From positions 900,001 to 932,000 of the forward strand of contig JBDHVY010000001.1 in the NCBI GenBank assembly GCA_039809905.1: a stretch of 32,000 bases of DNA, given 5' to 3'. Positions 1 to 8,100 of this stretch are shown here, in pieces. Both the position numbers and the translations under genes were made by a program. Under the pieces are notes generated by a model. That model was not told the DNA's origin, made no database searches, and saw only the letters and a list, made by a program, of their open reading frames with translations. Origin of the DNA: Candidatus Babelota bacterium (lineage in GTDB: Bacteria > Babelota > Babeliae > Babelales > Vermiphilaceae). Numbering within the stretch: the stretch's first letter is position 1; each line of letters opens with the position of its first letter.

Positions 1-1
1 T

Positions 2-865
2 ACGTGTGTATGGTCGGCCATTTTTTATGGTATCACTATTATCTTAGTTCCAAAAATTGAACGTAGATATATTTTGGAAGGACTAGAGCATAAACCAACG
101 ATTTTTCTTGGTGTTCCTGCGCTTTATGGTCTTTTGTGTTTAATGAAAACAGCACCTCTTGATACGGTGCGTCTTTTTGTTTCTGGTGGTGATGCATTAC
201 CTGATAAAATTCGCTCTGGGTTTGGCTTAATTTATAGAAGAAAATTAGTAAATGGCTATGGTCTTACTGAAACAACACCGGTCATTTCTGCAAACCTTGA
301 TGATGAAACGGTACCTGCAAGTAATGTGGGAGCTCCTTTAGTTGGTATTGAATGCGCAATTCGTAATGAGCAGGAAATAGATTTACCGCAAGGCAGTATA
401 GGTGTGTTGTGGGTGAAGGGTGATAATATCATGCTTGGGTATTATAATACTCCTGAAGCAACAAACAAAGTCTTGAAAGATGGATGGTTTAATACGGGTG
501 ATTTAGCATATCTTGATTCTAAAGGTAGAATTGTTATTACAGGACGTGAAAAAGATCTTATTATTCACAAAGGTTTTAATATTTATCCGCAAGAAATTGA
601 AAATGTTATCTTGTTGCATGCAAACGTGATTCGTGCTGCAGTTGTTGGTATGCATGATGGCGATGGTGAAGTTCCGGTAGCATTTGTGCAATTACGTACG
701 TTAGATGGTGATATGGAAAAAATTTTACGAAAACTCTGTACTCAGCATTTGGCGACGTATAAAGTTCCGCGGCATTTTTATTGTGATACAAAAGATCTTC
801 CTGCAACAGCTACAGGTAAAATTGATAAAAAAGCTTTGCGTGCTCAGCTTGCTGAAAAAATATAA
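2..865 (+). CDS. AMP-binding acyl-CoA synthetase / fatty acid-CoA ligase, C-terminal part (N-terminus outside window)
   Basis: The frame is open from nt 2 through the listed start at 74 (TCVWSAIFYGITIILVPKIERRYILEGLE...). ANL-superfamily motifs are present: YGLTETTPV, GWFNTGDLAYLDSKGRIVITGREKDLIIHKGFNIYPQEIE, and a C-terminal TATGKIDKKALR. Confidence 0.93.
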   Translation, partial: TCVWSAIFYGITIILVPKIERRYILEGLEHKPTIFLGVPALYGLLCLMKTAPLDTVRLFVSGGDALPDKIRSGFGLIYRRKLVNGYGLTETTPVISANLDDETVPASNVGAPLVGIECAIRNEQEIDLPQGSIGVLWVKGDNIMLGYYNTPEATNKVLKDGWFNTGDLAYLDSKGRIVITGREKDLIIHKGFNIYPQEIENVILLHANVIRAAVVGMHDGDGEVPVAFVQLRTLDGDMEKILRKLCTQHLATYKVPRHFYCDTKDLPATATGKIDKKALRAQLAEKI

Positions 866-867
866 TT

Positions 868-2373
868 TTATTTCTTGCCAGCAGCTCTTATTGCTTTATC
901 CAGTGATTCTTTTGCATCGTTATAAGCATCTGTAATTGATTTAAGTTCTTCTAATCGTCTGGCTCTTTCTGTTGAGCTTAATGATTTATCATTACGTATT
1001 GCATCTGGATGGTTTCTTACCATATATTTTAAGAAACTAGTTCTAATCATTTTTGCTGATGCATTTTGAGATAACGCTGGCATTGCTTCTCGTAAAGCAT
1101 CTTTAAGATTTTCAATCTTCTGAGCATCTGTTAAATTTTGCCCATAACGATTATCTTGTCGCTGTCGCTGGTTGTTGTCTTGTTGCTGATAGTTTTGCTG
1201 TTGTTGATAGCGCTGCTGTTGTTCATACTGTTGCCGTTCTCGTTCTTGCTGCTGACGGTTGTACTCTTCCTGTCGTTGTCGTTGTTCTCGCCATTGTTGT
1301 TCTGCGTATTGATCTCGCTGCTGTTGTTCTTGTTGCTGTCGATACCGTTGTCGTTGTTGTTCATACTGTTGACGATTGTACTCTTCTTGCTCTCGTTGGC
1401 GCTGCTGTTGTCGTTGTAATTCTTCATATTGTTGTCGAAAATAGGCTTCACCTTGTTGCTGGTATTGCTGTTGTTGTTCATTGTTTTGTTGTTGGTTGTA
1501 GTTCTCTTGTTGTTGATAATTATTACTTTGTTGAGGAAGATCTTTTACAAAGCATGCGGCCTCTAATAAATTAGGTGTGGTGTGAGAGAAAAATAAATAT
1601 CGTACTTCGGTTTTTCCGGTAATCCACCATGGTTCAAAACTTGGATCTTGAGATAGTAGATTGTATAGTGCATTTTTTGATAAGGCTTTAAGTTGGTTGA
1701 TAGATTTGGCGGCTATTTGGCTTGATAAATCAGGAATTCTGGCAAATTGAGTTAATCTTTCCATATCAATTTCAAGTGTTGCTTCAAATCCAATGTAACA
1801 AAAAAGATCTATCACGCGAGCAATATTCTGTAGTCTTGCCAAGGATACGTCAAAGTAGTTTGTACGTATAGATTGAACTTCGTCAGCAATTGCTTTAGGG
1901 AATTCTAAAAGGATTTCTTTTTTTGTTTTGTCGCTAAGGCGAGCTCCTAGATCATATATTTTTTTTGCCTTAGTTATGTTTTCATATGTTGGGCTTTGAG
2001 TAGCTATATTAACTATTTTTGTTAAAAAAGTTTCGCCTTTAGCATCAACTTGATTAAAGAGTTTGGTTGCTAAAAATTTAATGATTCTTCCTGAGCCAAA
2101 AGCTGTTATTTCTTGATCAGTAGGCATAAATCCTCTATTTGCTCTGTCTACTATTCGGTTAAAAGCTTCTGATTCAACTTTAAATCCGGATTCTCCAGAA
2201 CGTCCAGAGGTATATGATCTCATTTGAGTAGCAGTAACGCGAGAAGCTCGGCCTAATGTTGGTTTATAACCACTTTGCATAGCTCTATATAATCCATATA
2301 CTGAGGCTGTACTATTCAATATCATGCAAATTGCTAAAATATAAACATTATTTTTTTTCATTGCAATGTCCAC
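868..2373 (-). CDS. Secreted or anchored Q/R-rich low-complexity protein with a C-terminal DnaJ (J)-like domain
   Basis: Hydrophobic N-terminus (MKKNNVYILAICMILNSTASVYG), about 130 aa of Gln/Arg/Tyr-rich repeats, then SFLKYMVRNHPDAIRNDK...LEELKSITDAYNDAK, which matches J-domain helix II, the HPD tripeptide and helix III. Confidence 0.8.
   Translation of the reverse strand: MDIAMKKNNVYILAICMILNSTASVYGLYRAMQSGYKPTLGRASRVTATQMRSYTSGRSGESGFKVESEAFNRIVDRANRGFMPTDQEITAFGSGRIIKFLATKLFNQVDAKGETFLTKIVNIATQSPTYENITKAKKIYDLGARLSDKTKKEILLEFPKAIADEVQSIRTNYFDVSLARLQNIARVIDLFCYIGFEATLEIDMERLTQFARIPDLSSQIAAKSINQLKALSKNALYNLLSQDPSFEPWWITGKTEVRYLFFSHTTPNLLEAACFVKDLPQQSNNYQQQENYNQQQNNEQQQQYQQQGEAYFRQQYEELQRQQQRQREQEEYNRQQYEQQRQRYRQQQEQQQRDQYAEQQWREQRQRQEEYNRQQQERERQQYEQQQRYQQQQNYQQQDNNQRQRQDNRYGQNLTDAQKIENLKDALREAMPALSQNASAKMIRTSFLKYMVRNHPDAIRNDKSLSSTERARRLEELKSITDAYNDAKESLDKAIRAAGKK
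1138..1536 (-). repeat. CAA/CAG-CGT-rich low-complexity coding repeat (poly-Q/R, units like EEYNRQQYEQQRQR)
   Basis: Degenerate repeats read from sequence, e.g. gttcatactgttgccg...gttgtactcttc and gttcatactgttgacgattgtactcttc. Confidence 0.85.
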
Positions 2374-2439
2374 TTTATAAATAAAAACTATTTCTTATTT
2401 TCAATTATGCAATAATCGGCAGTGTGTTTGTCAATGGTT

Positions 2440-3174
2440 TTATTTTTTCCACAGGCGTTTTACATCGTTCAACGTTATTTGTGTAATGAATAGTATAAAT
2501 AGCGCAAGAAATGTCATGGAAATAACCCACACAACGTGTGCGGGAATATTTCTCCCGATCACTTCTTCGATGGTTAAAAGTAATGCTTTGCCCCCATCAA
2601 AAAAGGGAAGGGGAAGCATATTAAGAAATCCAATATTAAAACTTATTATTGCTAATGCAAACCAATAAAGCTGTGAGTTAATTGCAAAGCTTTGTCCTAT
2701 GGTGGAAATAATGCCAATCGGTCCGACAAAGGTACTATTACCATTTTGTTGCGTAAAAATGGTTACAAATGCCTGTTTCATTGTTTGAGATGACGAAATA
2801 TTTAAAGAAGGAGAGAGTTTGTTGCGTATGGTGTAATATACCAATACTCCATACGCAAAAATAAAGTTAAACAATATGCCGCCAAAAAGAATGAGCATTT
2901 TTCGTATGTATGATTGCTCAGCCAACATATCTGGATCCATTTCAACATAACCGCCCAAAGGGAAAAGAGCTATTTTTAATATTGTTTTTTCGCAAGGAAT
3001 CTCAAACAGGGTTGGTCCAAAGCCTATAGAAAATACTGGTGTTGCTACATTAAAATACTGCGCAAAAAGAAAATGTCCTGCTTCATGAATAAGAATAATC
3101 AAACTTATTCCCGCAATTCCTGCCAAGATATATAAAGTTTTTTTTACTTTATCATGAAATGTTATTGATAGCAT
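2440..3174 (-). CDS. Membrane-embedded M50-family zinc metalloprotease (RseP/SpoIVFB-like), short form
   Basis: HEAGH motif in a transmembrane context (IILIHEAGHFLFAQYFNVATPVFSIGFGP) and a second motif NMLPLPFFDGGKALL, in only 244 aa. Confidence 0.87.
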   Translation of the reverse strand: MLSITFHDKVKKTLYILAGIAGISLIILIHEAGHFLFAQYFNVATPVFSIGFGPTLFEIPCEKTILKIALFPLGGYVEMDPDMLAEQSYIRKMLILFGGILFNFIFAYGVLVYYTIRNKLSPSLNISSSQTMKQAFVTIFTQQNGNSTFVGPIGIISTIGQSFAINSQLYWFALAIISFNIGFLNMLPLPFFDGGKALLLTIEEVIGRNIPAHVVWVISMTFLALFILFITQITLNDVKRLWKK

Positions 3175-3309
3175 AATTAATGTACCCCTTTCACTTTGAG
3201 TCTAATTTTTGTTGTATAACAAAAGCAATAGTCTCTAAATTATTGCTATTTTATGAAGGCTTATATTATTATCAAAAAGAGGGCAAAGGGTGGGTAATAA
3301 AGGGAGAAT

Positions 3310-4191
3310 ATGCATAAAATAATAAAAAGTTTCACCATGTTGATGGTGTTAGTAGCCAATAATAGCTTTGGCTATTTTTATTATTTATGTATTAAAAAAG
3401 GTGTTAATAAAAATGGTGTGCCACACATGATTGTTCTCTTGGCGGATTACCATGATAAAACTCATAATGCAAATAAAGGTCAGCGGACCTATTTTGAATC
3501 ATTACTCAAAAGATGTAAAAAACATAAAGTTAAACTTATTGTTGAAGATTTAAGTTCGGTAAATAATGATGGTCGAATGATGTGTTGTAAGTTTGGTATT
3601 AGTTGTGCTGAAGGTGTATTGAGCAATTTAGCACATAAAGCTCGTTCATTTGGCATTACTGTTGATAACGTTGAATATCGTTATTGTCGTGTAGCTGGAA
3701 TAGGTCCCTTAATTACTAACATTCAAGTTGATCCGCATTCGGTTCGATCTTCTTGTAGTATTACTCTTGTATCTTTATATAAAGAAATTGTTAATGAAAT
3801 GGAAAAGATAAAGAAGTATAACGATGGTAAAAAATTGAATGATTATTATAAACGTTCAATAGCCTATGTTTATTCCCAGCTCAATAAAATGAAAATAGAA
3901 CAAAATAATGATACTAAAACAGTTGCTCATTATTGTGCGCAATTACGATCGAATATGTATCGTAAAAAGCTCGAGCATTTATGTATATTTGATAGTGCTC
4001 TTATCGATAGTAATGTGATGCATTCGATTATGTGTTGTGATATGCCAATTATCTTTGTTGCTGCAGGAGGATCTCATATTACGCAAGTAAATAAACTGTT
4101 AGAAAAAATGGGCTATGAATCAATTTTTGTGGTTCCTGATAATAATCAACAATCCATAGATATTACTGTTTTAGATAGATTTATTGAGTAA
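3310..4191 (+). CDS. Secreted hypothetical protein, possibly TraB/GumN/ChaN-like
   Basis: Signal-like N-terminus, MIVLLADYHDKTHNANKG near the start and IIFVAAGGSHITQVNKLLEKMGYESIFV near the end. Spacing is reminiscent of the TraB-like superfamily, but the match is weak. Confidence 0.35.
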   Translation: MHKIIKSFTMLMVLVANNSFGYFYYLCIKKGVNKNGVPHMIVLLADYHDKTHNANKGQRTYFESLLKRCKKHKVKLIVEDLSSVNNDGRMMCCKFGISCAEGVLSNLAHKARSFGITVDNVEYRYCRVAGIGPLITNIQVDPHSVRSSCSITLVSLYKEIVNEMEKIKKYNDGKKLNDYYKRSIAYVYSQLNKMKIEQNNDTKTVAHYCAQLRSNMYRKKLEHLCIFDSALIDSNVMHSIMCCDMPIIFVAAGGSHITQVNKLLEKMGYESIFVVPDNNQQSIDITVLDRFIE

Positions 4192-4274
4192 GGATGCTTG
4201 CGTATAAAAAAATTGCTTCTCATTCATAATTCGTATACATTACCCTAAAAAACATTTCGTAAAAAAGGGTATGT

Positions 4275-4973
4275 ATGAAAATCAAAAATGAAGCGATTAT
4301 TGCGTCATTATTCTGTTCAATTCTCAGTTCTACAGTGACAGCAGATACTGCAACATCTGATCCGGTAGAAGTTCTTTTTACCAATATTTATAAAACAAAA
4401 TTTTGGCAGTTAGGCGAAAGTGTTTCAGGTCCTGGTTCAGAATTAAAGGTTACTGAAAAAACACGGTATGCATTGAGTGAACTACTGAAAAGATTTAGCA
4501 TTAGTTCAATTGCAGATGCGCCTTGTGGTGATTATCATTGGATGAGACACGTGAATATTGGAAATTGTACATATCTTGGCCTTGATATTGTTGATGAATT
4601 AATTCAAAAAAATAGTTCCTTATTCGGTTCTGACAAAATAAGATTCCAGCACGCGAATTTGATTGATAATGTGATAGAGAAAGTAGACCTTATCATATGT
4701 AGAGATATGCTCGCTCATTTAACTGATGAACAAATTTTTAAAGTTATTCGCAATTTTAAAGCGAGTGGGGCAAAATATCTTCTGGCTACTACTAACTATG
4801 CAGTGCAAAGCAATACATATATTGATAGAGCTGGTGATTGGCGCAAACTTAATCTTGAAGCTGCACCATTTAATTTTCCAAGACCATTGGCAATTATTGA
4901 AGAAGATGTTCCTTTCACTTGGGAACAAGGCAAGCATTTGGCATTGTGGTTTTTAGATGATATTAATGTGTAA
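4275..4973 (+). CDS. Class I SAM-dependent methyltransferase with N-terminal signal peptide
   Basis: IADAPCGDYHWM (motif I-like), YLGLDIVDELI, DLIICRDMLAHLTDEQ, and an N-terminal MKIKNEAIIASLFCSILSSTVTADTATS. Confidence 0.7.
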   Translation: MKIKNEAIIASLFCSILSSTVTADTATSDPVEVLFTNIYKTKFWQLGESVSGPGSELKVTEKTRYALSELLKRFSISSIADAPCGDYHWMRHVNIGNCTYLGLDIVDELIQKNSSLFGSDKIRFQHANLIDNVIEKVDLIICRDMLAHLTDEQIFKVIRNFKASGAKYLLATTNYAVQSNTYIDRAGDWRKLNLEAAPFNFPRPLAIIEEDVPFTWEQGKHLALWFLDDINV

Positions 4974-5127
4974 GTGTTGCCAAAAAGGCCGTTGAATAAT
5001 CATAAAAAAACTCCATTTTTATACTAAATGTAAAGTCAGTTTTCACTTGGCATCTCTAAATGCAAAGTAGGCTTTACATTTGGTACAAATTTTGCCTGGA
5101 TTTTGACATTTTTAGGATATAATTCTG

Positions 5128-8100
5128 TTAATCAAGACCAAGCTCAAGTGAATCATGAGTCCAACGATGGAATGCTTCTGCAGGTACTTCTTCTTGCTGA
5201 TGTTGCACCTTATCACCACTCAAAATAAATGCAGGCATTAAAGAAAGTGCAATCAAACGATAATTCCAGATCTTTTCAGGATAAAACGTTTTCATGATGC
5301 CAACATTACCACTGTCTGGGTTTCTGGTATAAAATCCTAATCCGTTAGATTGTAAACCAACATTTTCTGAAAAAGCTGAGACAGGTACCCGCATTCTCCT
5401 GGCTAACTGTTGAGCAATTCCATTTAATTCTGCGGCGCATTGGCAAGAAAACAAATTAATATGTTGTCCTTTCTGATATCCAGGAGCGGTTCTAATAAGG
5501 CGTGCTAATTGCGTGGCATTCAGTTCTACGGTTCCTGTAGCAATCAGTTGTAAGAGATTAGACTGGCTTAGCCCTTTGGGATGAATTGCTTGAACGTCAA
5601 CCCAAATAGTGTGTGGATTACCGTGTCCCAATACATTAAAAGGAGCAGCTTGGCTTTTATGCCATCGAGCTCGTGCAAATTCGTAATGAACACTATTGGT
5701 TAGAACAAGATCATCTTCAGCAATGGCTACCTCCGCGTTAGTCCATTTGCCCGCACGCGGATTAGGTACAAAAGGAACTCTGCCTTGCAAAGCATATCGA
5801 TATTGATGTACGCGATCTATAACTTTGTCGGTAATATTTTTTATGGTACCTTTTCCTTTTTGGTAGACAATTTTTACGCCTTTTCCAGCTATTTGAATAC
5901 CTTTCAAGATTCCGCATGCAAGAGCCATATTATAAATAACTTCACCAGGTGTTGTAACACCAGTATATAAGTCGCGTGTTGTTCCTGTGGCAAAACATGC
6001 GATACTTAGAGGGTTAGGTATCATAGCAAAAGTATCAATTGTTTTATTCAGGGCATCGACAAATGCGATGCGAATTATAGGGGTTACTTGTTCAATTAAA
6101 CGTGGTATTTTTGGATGTACAATGCGATTGTGTAAAGATCGTTTTGATTGAACCTGTTTGTTGTTGCTGTGTGCATATTCGAGTATAAGGTCTGCATAGA
6201 CATTTTGATTGAGCGATTTTTCTATTGATGTTAATACCAGATCGTGTGCAGCATTATTGGTATCAGTTTTTCTAGGACTATTTTTACGAGCTGGTTTGGT
6301 TATATGTTTTGTATTCTTCTTATGTACAGGGTTTGTTTTTTCTTGATGTATATGTAATGTTGCATATGCTTGACTTGTAGCTGCAAGCAGTGATTGATAT
6401 TCGCTGAGCGCTGCAAGTTGTCCTCGAACTGCAATATCATTATCAATAGCATTGGTTGCAGCACTAGCTGCAATAGTAGGATTTTGGCGTGTAAGAGCAG
6501 CTACTGATGCGGCGGCTATTTTAGCCAGTTTCATTCTTTCATGAACTTCGTGATCAATAGCGCGTTGAATATTTGCAGGAGTTTTTTGTATGCCTTTTTT
6601 ATTGAGGCGTGCAATAGCGTTATCAGCAATTGCTTGCGAATCAGCAATAAGCAAAGCTCCTATAGTTTCTGCAGTTACAACTCCCGTGACTCCTGAAACA
6701 AATCCTTTGCGAGATTGTTCTTGCGCAAAACCACTTAATCCGCCAACAAGCGCTTGGCCAACTTGTTTGATAAGTTCATGAGTATATGCAGCGCAAATTT
6801 CGTTGCTTGCATATGCTGCAATTGCTTTCAGCGGAATCTGTTGGATTGTTTTACCAAGCGATTTATCAAGTGGTGCGTTGGTGATTGCAGTAGTAAGTAG
6901 AGTATCTACGGTACTTTGCAATGCATGTTGTTGTACATGTTGTGAGAGTGATTTGATACCGGGTTCCATATTGATATCAAGCATGCTGCCAAGCTGCGTG
7001 CACAATCCTGCAGATGCCATGGTAAAGCATAGCGATTGCACATGAGCAGGAGATACCATCTGTTTGGCGGTGTTGATAGGATCGCCTGTTTTAAGAAAAG
7101 AAGTTGTCGCGCTGCTGTATACAGCACTAATGCCCGCATTTACGGCAGCAATTCCTGCTGCACTCAACTGCATACCAGTGGCAGCTGTTACATTCGTCAG
7201 TAATGGTTGAAGTAATTCCATACCCATGCCTTGCGTATACCAAGTGATTGCAAGTGCAATCACTACCAATGCTTCATCAGGAAAAACTGGTGATACATGA
7301 TGCCAATTGCGTTGCCACTGCTTCAGGTGATAGGTTGTTTCTACAAAAGTACCAATAATTTCAGTGCGATTTTTATCCATGATGGCAGATTCAAAAAGCA
7401 TGTGCCCATCATGTTGTGCGCGTATAATTTTTTCTACCATCAGCATTGGTGGAATCATTGTCTCATAACCAGCTTCAAAACCGATATCAGCAGAAGATAA
7501 AGGACTAGAAATGAGTGTTTGTGCAGAGCATAGCATTTCTGCTACTTTAGCAACAAATTGAATGCCTTTTTCTGTTTCATCATGCAATTCAGTTGCGTGA
7601 ATGTTTGCATTGACTTGTGCGCTTTCGCCTAAGAAACGAATACGCGGTGATTGCATGTGTGCAGCAGCTGCAAACGGAGTTTGCTTGGATGATTTTTTAC
7701 TTTCATCGGTAAACATGCCACTTTTTTCTTCAGAACTGGTAAATGTATTGGCAAGTAACAACCCTTCAATGTTGATTTGTGGAGCTTCATAGATGATTTC
7801 TTGCTGCGCAATATCTTGTTGAGCAGTTGCTTGTATAGCAACATGAGCTTTGTCATGCAAAATAGTTCCTGCATGCGTTTCGCAGGGCAATGCGCTATGC
7901 GTAAGGCTGGTCTCCACTCTGGATGATGATGAAAACAAGCCGTTTTTTTCATGACGTGTTTCAGTGAATGTTTGTAATACGAGTGGATTTTTAATAACCG
8001 AACCATGTTCTGATTGTTCTGTGACATCATGTGCTGCAGCAATGACTGTTCCGGTGCGCGTAATATTTTTATCACTGTGCACCTTTACTGGCCCTGCAGG

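Noticed and set aside
1131-1481. Shadow ORFs at 1131..1481 (-) and 1138..1419 (+)
   Set aside because: They are out-of-frame or antisense readings of the Q/R low-complexity tract. The homopolymeric N/S/L composition is a by-product of codon repetition.
4974-5127. Immunity gene for the hemagglutinin-like giant protein
   Set aside because: No ORF of plausible length exists downstream of its 3' end on the minus strand within this gap, and the next CDS is convergent and methyltransferase-like.
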